NCBI GenBank assembly: GCA_964247055.1
Contig: OZ176053.1
Location: 8,060,001 to 8,124,000 of the forward strand
From: Paragordius varius
Taxonomy: Eukaryota; Animalia; Nematomorpha
DNA: 64,000 nucleotides
Direction: 5' to 3'
A model generated the notes under the pieces. The model saw nothing but the letters and a program-made list of their open reading frames with translations, searched no databases and had not been told where the DNA came from. Below are positions 12,318 through 24,700 of this stretch, piece after piece. The number at the start of each line of letters is the position of its first letter. Positions within the stretch are counted from its first letter, which is position 1. The position numbers were made by a program, and so were the translations under genes.

Positions 12318-14660
12318 TTAATGGTAATTAACTATACGATATGCATTAATAGGGTTATAAGGGTCGAAAACGACATAGTAAAACAACGAAGCCATAGCCG
12401 AGCCAAAGAATGGTCCAACCCAATAAATCTAATTAAAATAAAAAATGTTTTTTTTGTAAGTTGTTTGATTATTGCGTAAAATATACATTAGAGAGTTCTC
12501 CAACACAAATGGCTTCGCGGGCCGCATTTTTGGTTTTAAAAATCCGACGGGCCGCATTCAAAAAAATATATTATTAAATATTTTATTAGATTTCAAAACA
12601 TAAGACTGTAAAATACCATGAAATATTTTTTTTCCTATTTCGTTGCCAATTATATAGACCTATTTAGAAAATGTATTCAAGAAATTTTCTTAAGACTTTG
12701 TGAACATATTTTTGCATATCATGGATTTTCGAATTTGCATTAGAGCATGGTTTTCCAAAACAAATGGCTTCGTGGGCTACATTGATTAAGCCTTCATTTT
12801 CAATCATTTCAATAAAAAAATTATTTTAAATTATAAATAAGCCCCCCAATTTTTAATTTTTTAAAAATATATTGGAAAACTTTTGCAGGCCAAAAATGAT
12901 TATGAGCCGCGTGATCCATATTCTTTACAAGTCGATATAATTATATAAATATGATACTTACCCAATGATGGTCCCAAACAAAAATAACAAGGGCTGGACC
13001 TAATGATCTTGCTGGATTGAAGCTAGCGCCCGAAAAAGACAGCTAAAAGGATAAAAAACATTTGATAATACCGATAATTTTATATAAATTTATTCATTTA
13101 AAAACCATGTATGATTTAACACGAGATAAAATTTATACTCCAGCGAAATGCAAGGCTGAATAAGTTAATCCGATGGAAATTGATTTACATCCTGGAATTT
13201 CTAACTTTGAATCTATGGTAGATAGCGCCATAAACACCAAAATGAAAGTTAACATGGCTTCGAATCCGTAGCCGTGTTTTGGTAAAAGATTTGGATTCAT
13301 TAGGTTAACTCCCAAATTGCTTCTTAGTTCATAAGGAACACATCTAAAAATAGTACATATTGAAAATTCTTGGGCCTTTAACAAGTGTTATCATACATAT
13401 AAAAATTTAAACAATCCTTTATGAAACATAATTGTATAATAAATATCCACACTTTGAGAAAGATGGATTTATAAATATACACACGGAACCGAATTCAATA
13501 CTAGTGGACTAAAGAATTGGCTTCTTTTAAAACACGAAAAATGGAATTAACCAACTTTTTTTGATTTCGATAGGCCCATAATCTTACACCAATCATTAAT
13601 TTACTAATTTAAACTGTTAAACACAAATTTCATAATTCGCTTTATTTTAATTGAAAAAATATTTTTATCAAAAGCTTACGCGTATAACAACAAAGCTCCA
13701 CAGGTAGATCCTGTGCACTGGGCAACAACATACATCAAAGCTATAATATAAGTATAAAATCCCAAATTTTACCACGAAATAGCGTTATTTTGCGAGTTAT
13801 TAAAAAACTAAATGATAAAATCGGATTTAAGTGTCCTCCACTGATTGGTCCAAATGAGTATATTAGAGCTGTATAAATGAACCCGGCTGCAAGTGATATC
13901 TATTAGAATTGTTTTATTAAAAATGTATTATCTTCCATTATTATACATTTCAACGATCATCTACTGAGTTGATCATTAGTTAATTAAATGGGTGATAAAA
14001 GCAAGAATATATATTTCGAATTTACTGATAAATTTGGGTTTAGTAATGCAAGAATACTATCTAACTTTTATTATAATATATTTTAACAATCTTCTATTAA
14101 AAGGTGTGTGATCCAACCTAATTAAAAGATTACAAAACCCAGAAATGTAGCCTAGTATTAAATGAAATATTTTGTGAAATCGATTTTTTGGTAAGCCATT
14201 GGTCGGCTTTAACAATAATAATATGGACATTGAAAAATTAAAAAATAGTTAAAACTAGAAAACTTTATATAAAATCATATTTTTTGTACTATGCATATAA
14301 TAATCATTTGTTATTTTTTTTGAAGCGGTCACAGCCTTGGTTAATACATTTAATATTCCATCCTGATCATTGCCTTTTAAGAACTTTATCAATATTACGC
14401 ATCAAATTAATTACCTTAATGATTTTGGAATGAATTGATTCCTGACTTATCCATACGGCACAAATAACGAATGTTAACATCATAGAACCAACGCACTCAC
14501 CCAAAGTACCACGCCAAAACCCAGGATTACAAAGTTCTGTTTTAAAGGATGGCAATATAAAAATTTTCTTTTTTTGATGTTGTGCTCCATGACCATTCTC
14601 CATTAAATCTGCGCCTTTAGCATTTCCATTTATGTATTTTGTCGCTTTAGACGCATCCAT
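12318..14660 (-). CDS. Aquaporin (MIP family, AQP1/AQP4-like fold), 6 exons; last exon 12429-12318
   Basis: FWRGTLGECVGS...ISLAAGF...ISGGHLNPILSF...YVVAQCTGS...GFEAMLTFILV...IGL...HFAG.SFSGASFNPARSLGPA...WDHHW/IYWVGP. Confidence 0.95.
12491..12910. mobile_element. Degenerate Charlie/hAT-type MITE in the last aquaporin intron
   Basis: ccaacacaaatggcttcgcgggccgcatt and attttattagatttcaaaacataag...ctatttcgttgccaatta are shared with the copies at 31387 and 54569. Confidence 0.7.
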
Positions 14661-15724
14661 TTGTGTGATATAATTTTCAATTAAAAGATTATTTTAATTG
14701 CTGGGAATATTTTAATAAATTTTGCTGACTAAATCCAATATGTTTTTAATATAATATAAATTAAAATGATTTTTTGTGGCTACAGGTTAGGTTTGTAAAC
14801 AATTACATCCTTTGATCGTAAATAAAATAAATTAGAATAGTTAACTATCATGTATGTGTTTTATGTTAATTTGCAGGTAGGTCATATTCATACCATTGAC
14901 TGTCATTTTTAACATTTATATTTTATTATTTATGTATGCTCTTTCGAATAGTTTACAGCCGTTATAACATGAGTTCCTTCAATTTTAAACTATAAATAAA
15001 TAGATTAAAGTTCAATAAGTGTTATTATCGCTAACAATCTTAAGTGCAATGAAAACGCGGGTATTTATTAATATATAAACGTCTTGAATTTACCGCATTT
15101 TTAAGAGAAGTTAAATTGTTTTTTTAATTTTTGGATGCTAACCATATTTTTAAAATTAAAGTAACGAGTGCTTTTATTGGCCATTTCTGTATTTTAATTG
15201 GCCAAAATGGGTTTTATCTGCTATTAAATTTTTTATTTTTATTGGTTGCGGTAAAGTTGTAGCTAACATGCTCATAGCGACCAGGCACCATATTTTTTCT
15301 TCTTAAACAAATATGTAATTAATAAAATAATTCTCATCGCCAACACTTATATAAAATAAATACCGAAGGCCAATAATAGCCCTCATTTCTCTATTAAAAA
15401 AAATAGTATATATTTTTGCAGTGTTATATTTTTAAGCTTTTCGCATTGTAAAATTAGTCTGTTGGTATTTTAAAAATATAGAGCCAAAATCCTAACGATT
15501 TAAACAAAAAATAATGGGATCAACACCATAATTTAGCTAAATTACTGGGAATCGGAATTAGAGTCAAAATATTGGTTTTTAACCGCAGACAAAAATGATT
15601 ATGATCGAATGCCTAAAAAGGGCCTTTAAAAGGGGATAACAATTAACACATGATAACTATAAGTTTTTATTATTTACATAATAAGAATAGACATAACAAT
15701 ATTAAATATATCTATTATAAGGTT

Positions 15725-18700
15725 TCATGAGATCAATGGTTCAGGATTATTTAAATTAAAAGAAAAATCTCTAGCTAGCCCAAGTTTTAAATTAGCAATT
15801 ATCCCGGGATTTTTGGTCCGTTGACTGAAAGTTATGATATTCTTTTCGCTTTCTTCAACCCTAAATATAAGTTCAGGAATTATTTTGTGCATTTGACGGG
15901 CAAATAATAACGTGTGAAAAGATTTTGTTGTAGGTTTATGCTTTTTTCTTTTGCCTTGTGTTTTCTCCTCAATTTCATCGTCACTGCTTTTATCGCTACT
16001 CATATCAGATGAGTTGTCAATATGTGAAGTTTGTTCATTTGAATCCGTAGTATCTTCATTAATAATATCCGTGGCAAGTGTTCCATTCGGAATCTGGTTT
16101 GGTAAAATTGTTTTTAGACGTTTTTTGCCTTTATTTACTTTATTATCAACTTTTTTAGTTTTAAGCTGATTAGCATCCATTGATGTAGTTTTGGGTATAT
16201 TGTTTTGCGTATTCTGATTGTCCTTTACAGTTATATCATGGATGTGATTGAGAAATTCATATATCTGATGCGTTAACAATTCATTGACAAGTTTCATGAG
16301 TTTTTCAAACCTATGATAAAAATATAGAAAAATAATATAATTTACACAACCTGGACCCTCTCTATATTTATTGCAATTTTATTTTAAAGTCTGTTGTACA
16401 GAAACATAGAACAATAAAAACGCTAACTAACCTAGCCATAGAATCTGTACGAGCCATTTGCATTTCATTTATGAAGCCCTCAAGTTCATCAGTTTCTATA
16501 ACTTCTTGCGTGTATATCTATACAAAAATTAATTTTATAACTAAAATTAAAAAGATAGATTTTTTTTAAATTTGGAAAGTATATATTGCAAAAAACCATA
16601 CTTGAGATTTTTCAGGCATTTGTGAGTTATCGTTGGCATCTTCCAATTTTTTGTGTGAATTGATAAAACGAGCAAGGGAAATGTATGGAAAATTTAAATA
16701 ATAGGGAAGTATGTTGACACAAGTGTGAGTGTAATGTTCAATCCAATGCGATAACAACTAAGAATAATGTTATTGTATATATTGGGATCATAATTCAGCA
16801 ATAATTAAATGAATATATTAAAGTAAATTTCGTATTTACAATTAATCTTTGTCAAACGTAAAAATAAAATCAATCGCCAAACAAACAAAAAAATAAACTA
16901 AAAATATTAAATGAGAAATAAAACTAAAAAAACATGTTTGTAATATTTTTAATAAAAAAAAATTATGAGCTACCAGCTAAAGGGGGGTTACTCCCGTTAC
17001 CCGAGATTCACCTACGAGCTTTTTAACTTGTAAAAATTTTAATTAACGCTTTTTGAGCTGGAATTGCCGCGGCTGCTGGCACCAGTCTTGCCCTCCAATA
17101 GATCCTCGTTAAAAGATTTATTATCTCCTCCCAATAACTGGTTCTCGTAAGAGACCTTGTTATCAAATTTTTTTCTGAATAATATACAAACGTGTTTTTT
17201 ATTTTAATTTCTCATTTAATATTTATAGTTTATATTTAATTTTTAAATTTAATTTTATTTGTACGTTTGACAAGAAGTAATAATTAGAAATTCACTTAAA
17301 TAAATTTATTTTATTGCTGAATTATAATCCCAAATAAAATTCACCTTGTTACAAAAACCGTTATAAAAATATGTTTATAGATAATTTGGGAATCGTTTAA
17401 TAGAGCTAATTTATTATTTGATTAAATTCATTTCTAAGTTGTCTTGGCTTTAATAAATCTGGGTAAAAGAAATATTTTTGAGTAATGAAACGTAAGGATG
17501 GGAGAAACATGGTAAATTAACAGATTTTGTTGTAGTTTTGATAACTCATGGGGTTAACTTCATGCAAAATTAATATAGGTAAACATCAGGGTTGCGTCAT
17601 CGAATTTTTAAATTTATATTCTAAATAATATTCTGATTGCACAAAACAAGGCAGGCATTCATAAGCGAACCTTTATTAGTTATGTGTAAGATACGATTGT
17701 ATTTCTAAAATTAATATGTTTTATCGCGAAAAAAAAAGGATATTCTAAATTAACCCAAAACATAATATCACAAACCCTATTTTATAGTAAAATTACAGAC
17801 CTACAGACAGATAGAAAAGTATGCTTTTGAGTTAAATGTAAAATTGCTAAAGCCTAGGAAACAATCATTATTAAATTTAACATGGCATCCGTTTAAGATC
17901 AAAAATCCTACTAATCAAAGCAACCATATTTCTATGATAAGGAATAAACTTTAAAACTATTGAATAAATACTCAATATATTCTTTTGCTTTTGGCATTAA
18001 AATTTTTAAAATAGTGGCTTGTCAAAACTCAAAACACGATCCCGAACAAAATTCATCCTATAAAATCTTTGATCGTGGCAGCTTGTCTGCACAAATATCT
18101 TACCACTGTGCAACAGAGCTAAATTTAATTGTGTTAGAGGTTTGCAGTTGACTTAAAAGGGAACGCCAAAGAAATTGTCTTATCAAAATTAATTAAATGC
18201 AATATATGAAATATTTTAGCAAGATCCATACAATCATTAAGCATTTAAAACAGACATAAAGTGGTCAAAGAAAGAAATTATTTTTTATGAAAATGTAATA
18301 TTAATTAACTACAGGTTACTGTTTTTTGAGTATTTTATATACTGCATACAATTAATTTATCCCAGATTTAAGTAAAAAAACTTTTATTACCTTGTAAAAC
18401 AAGATACATTCTTTTAACAAATTTATAGTCATGGTGACTCTCAATGCAATATTCGTATCCGTGTAATAGGATTTTTCATTATTATTAATGTTATTATTTT
18501 CAAAATCGTAGGTAAAAAATTCACACAGTATAACAGCCACGTTTCCCAACAAGGAAGAAACTAATTTTTCCCGTTTAGATAGGGCTTTAATCACGGAAAA
18601 TACACATTGATTATTAGCTAATTGTGTCGAATTTTTGTTGTCATTAGATGAGAATTGATGATTACAAAAATTAAAATTATTATTATTATTTTGTGTATCG

Positions 18701-21700
18701 TTTTCAGATGATGCTAAAATGTTGCGTTGTGGAAAAGGGAGATTGTCCGATAATGTTTTGGTCTATAAATAACAAAAATTATTAATGCGATGCATATATA
18801 TAAGTTTAATACAGTTAAAGTTAAGTTAGCCGGTTAAAAATATTAAAGGGTTAGACAGCGTATTTAAAACATTATTTAATTGTTTTATCAGAGAAATATA
18901 ACTTTTACCAGTTATAAATATTATTGTAAAAAAACAAATTATTGTATAAACACATTTCCTTATATTATTTGACTTTAAATATACAATATTTTCATAGTTA
19001 TTTTCAAAGTGCCCAAAACTACGGTAAAATGCCAGTTATATATATAATTAGATTTTCCTTATAGTTTTTTTTACCACGAACGTAGTTTCCAAAACAATCA
19101 TATATTCCGTTCGTATTGAGTTGATAAGAAATTCCAAATTCTTTTGGAAATTAATTACGCACATTTGTAAGAGTGTGTTCAGAGAATTTAGGAATGTTTT
19201 ATCATGTATCACGTTGCCGTAATCACCAATCGGAGTTTTAGCTAATATGGTGGATACCATTGTACCATTCGAGGCATTTTCTGGCTACAATTTTAACATA
19301 ATTATATTCGCGCATAAAATTATTTAGTTATAAATATTCCATAACTTTGTGGCATATATAATATTAGACAAAGTGTTTTATTACCGTACATTTAGCAACG
19401 TTAAAATTAGAAAAAAGTATTGGAAAAAACAGATACCTTAAGCTTTGTAAATATTAAATAATATAGCAAAGTAAAATGAAACCAAGTTTTTCAAGATTAC
19501 ACATGCAGTATGCATTTTAATGGTTGCCTATTTTGCTCTATAGCAGGGTAGTAACACAGGAGTGTATGGAAAAAATTGTTTATTTAACATTTTGTTGTCT
19601 TTTCCATACACTACTGTGTTGCATATGGCCCAGCTATAGTGTAAAATAAGCAGCCATTAAAATGCATACTGTAAGTCATGGTATATAAATCAAAAAACCT
19701 GGATTTTAAAATTCATTTTTATAAATTCAAGATATTACAACACCTTTTTTATGCGTGGTATAAAGGTTCCAATGTTCTTTAATACCCTTTTAGCCGTATC
19801 AAATAGATTGGACGTATGTTTATAACAAGCCAAATATAGGGTTAACAAGAGTCGAGATATGTTAGGGGTATGTTTTACCATATAAAACCATGCATCATTT
19901 ACATTCCATTTCATATTAGTTTGCGATGGTTCTCCCGAAAGTGTTGATTTTCCCATTAATGGTGTTATACAATCCAACACCTATAAAAAGAATTCATTTT
20001 TAATATAATATTGATATATGGGTCATTTTATGGGAAATCAAGACACAATTTAACTTAATTACATGTAAAACAAAACAATATTATCATGTACACCCAGGTT
20101 AGATTTTTGAGTCAGTCGTTTAAAATAATAGGTTCGTAGCTTTTAAAAGTAAAAATACTGCAAAACTTATACCGCAATAGATTGTAATAAAATTTAATCG
20201 AACTAAATTGATAGTGAACAATATTAATTATTACAAAAATTATTTGATTTTTTTACGCTAAATATTTTTAAAGGCGGCCAAACTCTCGATCATGTTTGAA
20301 TTAATAGGTCAAACCCAACCATGCATTATTTATGTCCCCGTATTATTATAAATGATTAATACTTTAAGATGTATGTTTGGTAGAGATTGGTTAGCCTTAA
20401 TTCCATCAAAAACATTGTAACGTAATAAAGGACATTCTTCAATAACACGTATAACGTGAGTCAAAATGATAGTATATGATCTAAAATGTTCGCAAACAAA
20501 TTTTTATATGTTAAAATTATTGGAAATTTGAAATGTAATAAAAAATTAATTACCTTTTTATGGTGGCATTTAGTGAGGAATTTTTGCCACAAAACCCATT
20601 TATGTTCCAACCCGAATTCACAACATAAGTCAATAGATTATGATGTAGGCAACCTTCTAATACTGTGACATAAATATTTCCTATGCATTCCACTATAAAT
20701 AGTACATAATTTTTATTAGTAAATATATTAAATATGGTTTTGCATAAAATTATAGATTAATAATGTTTTGAGTAGATAGAAAAGTGGTCTGAAATGGTAG
20801 AATACTAAATATTATAATTTCTCAGCATCTTAAGGTAAAAATGCGAATATTCGATAAAGTTCTTAAATATAAAAGCATTTTATTGTATTCATAATAATCT
20901 TAAACAAGATGCAGTTATTATGAACTGTTTAAAGTAAAATTATATGAAAATTACTTAATTTGGATAAGGAATGAATCTTAGAGTTCAAATTTGATGGTTG
21001 ACTTAATCTGACCGATTCTTCCAATTGAGTTATTAGAGGATGGGCCGTCTGCGTTTTATGAATGTCAGTCGTTACTAAAAATAAGTGTAAGAAAGTTTTT
21101 TATCCAAAATTTAATTAATTTTGATAATTATCGGTTTAATATGCACTAATATGATTTTTTTATAATTTAATTATATAGTATATATTAATAATTACTTTTA
21201 AACGCTTTAATATAGATTCTATTAAAATATGTTTGCATTTTTTGTTTAAATATAATTGATTATATAATAAGGACTAGATATAACGGACCCTGCCTATTCT
21301 CATAAACATCAACATTTCCTTCCAAATTAAATATCTAATAAAAAAATCTGTATCAAAATTATATTATCAAAAATACAATAAATATTCTGCATAAATTATC
21401 CAATATAAACAAACCTTCTAAACAACGCTCAAAAATAGAGACAAGTTTCGAAACAACTTTATCTTCACTATAATCGGCGGAAACTTTTATATGTGAAGAC
21501 CGTTCTACCATTTTTAACAGACTTGGATAGGCGTGGATTAAATAATATTCCATTAATTTTACCCATATTTCAAGGAGAGATAGGTACAAAGATGGGGAGC
21601 TATTTTCCCTATTTTCATAAAGTATAACTGACATAATGTTGGTTGTATCAGTATTATTTTCAACACTTTTTGTGTCTTTATGGCGAGAATGTTGAAAACA

Positions 21701-24700
21701 TAATTTGAAACAAGCTATAAATATATCTTGTAAAGCTATCATCCATTTATCATCGATAATATGAGAAGGATTTAGAACGTTAATTAATGATTCCGTAAAT
21801 TGATGTAAAATAACTGTCAACAATTCAGTACTATTTACAAGGGTAGATAATGGATTTAAGTCCGAAACTAAGGTTTCATTCTCAGATAACTTATTTGGTT
21901 TTAACCTAAAATATATGTATATATTAACTTATCAAACGACTTTATAAAAGAAAATAATATAATATAAAAGAAAAAAATTTCCAATTATACAAAACAAGTT
22001 CTAAACCTATAAATAAAATTTAACTTACTCAAGTATATCTTCGAGTAAATTGATGCAAAAAGAATGTTCATAATGTAATATAATTAGTGGATTATTTTGA
22101 TTATTATTAGTTAGGGTATTGTTTTGGCAAATCGCTTGATATTTTGAGCACAATTTCAAAAGTATTTGGCACCAATGTGACTTATCAAACGATGTATTAG
22201 GACTATGATTATAAAAAAATAAGTTAATAATATACAATATATTCAAAAAAATTTACTTTTTTGGATAATACGTGATATAAATATTAAATATTTTATCTAA
22301 AATTTTTATTATCTATGCGTGTCTTTTAGAAAGTTGTTGCTAAACCCTTTGTGGCATTCTCATAAATTAATGTTTCTCATTTCAGATCTTGCGCAAAACA
22401 AATTATTTAAGGAAAAATGAGTTATTGACATATTTAAGCATTAGCCACCTGGTTTTTTACTTTCAATAAGATTTTGCTCCACCTGATCGGATTTTAACAC
22501 TGACTTATATAATTTAATTAATTGTTAATAATCGAATTTAGCTAATATTGAAATTGAGATGTGTAGAATCACGATTTACGGAAGATTTATAGGTCAATTA
22601 ACAAAATATAACTCTGATTCAGATTTATATTTAGCGACAGGATAATCAATTGCTTTTATAATTTGTTTCGTTCATTTTCTAAACCAATTCTTTTGAAGAA
22701 TATTATCCCTGGGTTGATCGGGGGACCCAGAAAAGAGGCCGCCCAAAAGTCGATAGCTCGATATCCTCAAAACAATTACAAACCTTAGACTTCCTCCAAT
22801 GATAGGGATGGCATGATTGTCCTAAATAGAAAACACTAATAGAGACGCTATGCTATATAATGCACTCACGATAACTTAAAATTCCAAATTTAGTTTGTTC
22901 AAAGTGGACATAAAACGAAAGACGTGCATAGTATAAGATTCCGAGCTACCATCTAGCACCGGTAGAACCTAGAATATTGCAGTGATTGGTAGATTCATCA
23001 AGGATTGAGGTATTTAAAATCATTGTTTGGATTTAAATTGCTTTGCTCCCATTATATTTATGCTTCGTTGAAAGATTTCTATAGCAATTAACTCGTATAA
23101 AGCGTCTTTCATAAGAACAGTATTGAAATTGCTGCATTTAAACACAATTTATCCCATTGAGTGTTTTCTTATTATCCACAAGGATGTTTAACAAACATTT
23201 TATGTATTTATCCACCTTATAAACTTAATTCAAAATAGTTTTCCAGCGACCTATAAGTATTGATATGCTGACAACACTCTTCTCTGAAGAAAATCATTTT
23301 ATAACACTACCATTTAAAAATAACTTAATAGTATGCAATAGAAAACATTTTTCTAGCAAATTTTTTTATTTGAAGATATATTACTTTGATTTACTATTCA
23401 TGAAGGTGTATTCTGAGCGGGCAAGATGTAGAGAAAAGCGAATTGCCTCAATATAGGTCAATGCAACAATGTTAGCACGGACATTTTGTTGATGACTGTT
23501 TTCTCCTAAATAAAGAAAAAATTAATTTATGTTAACAAATTATTTAACAATCTATACATAGTTTTATAATTATGTAAAAAAACTATTGATCAAAAACGTT
23601 TTAATAAAAAAAATTTTATATTGCAATAAACAAAAGCTAACATTAAAAAGTTTTTATATGTTTTAAGGTTATCTTGCGAAAAATAAGAGAAAATTTTGAT
23701 ATCATATGTATGAAAGCATATTTACTAATATCGAAGATGTGAATTAAAGTGGTAGGAGAAAAATGTTTTTTTCTAAATTTATTAAAAAATAATATTTTTA
23801 CGCGATTCATTATAAATTATTTTTAAAGTGCATGGCAAGTTTCAAATTAATAAAATATTAATATGGCGCTTAGTTCTAAAAACTCCATTTTATCAATTAA
23901 AAATTATAGTTGTGTTTATTATGTAAATTTATAGATTTATTCAACACCTTGATCCATTAAAACAATTTTTTTACTAAAAAAATTCGTTATGCAATATATA
24001 ACTTAATCAATTAAGGATATTTTAAACGAGTTTATTAAATAAATATTAGACAAAATAAAAACTTTTGTTTAATTCTTCGTGGTCATTATTTTGTGAAGGA
24101 GATTTGCCATTTGTTGGTCCATCTAGAAAAATAAATAAAAATGTACTTGATATATTTGCCAATTATAATTTTTTATAAATGACATATCAAAAGGCAATAG
24201 TTTATATAAATAATAATCGGGTTTAAAAAAGTACGGTTTTCTTTATGATAAAAATAGTCTTTAGTATAATCGTTCAATTTTTACTGTAAAATAAAATTAC
24301 TATAAGGTATAGGAGTCGTGGTGTCCAAACCACGAAAGTAATCAATATTGCGTTCGATGATAGAAAAATCTTCTAAATCACATTCGACCAATTTATTACA
24401 GGCCATCGCACATTTCTGGCTTAAAGAATCGATCAAATTGAGCAGAGATTGAGTCAAAACATTCTACAGATATAATAAAAAGATAGAATTACCAATTTTT
24501 TACAGCTTTTATATGAGGTTTTTATACGTTTTCCTGGTATTATAGACTATTGTCTGGAAGAAACTGATTAAAATAATAATCGCATACAAAATCAACAATA
24601 TTCATAAAATATATATATGTAAATTTTTATGCATCATATAATTTATGTGTTTACCGGTACTTTCTCAAGTTTTGACACTATAGATTGGGCATATAATAGC

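Noticed and set aside
15951-16169. Antisense shadow ORFs (also 8333-8572, 30385-30594, 37073-37285, 37440-37784, 39945-40130, 47161-47364, 51157-51363, 62455-62682)
   Set aside because: They are opposite-strand shadows of real exons or of the LINE ORF.
17006-17165. Functional 18S rRNA gene or rDNA unit
   Set aside because: Only ~160 bp, with mutated invariant bases and no flanking rDNA.
17336-17360. Apparent phase conflict at the FANCI caag|gtgaat donor
   Set aside because: An upstream phase-0 donor (TTT|gtaaca) joins the next exon canonically.
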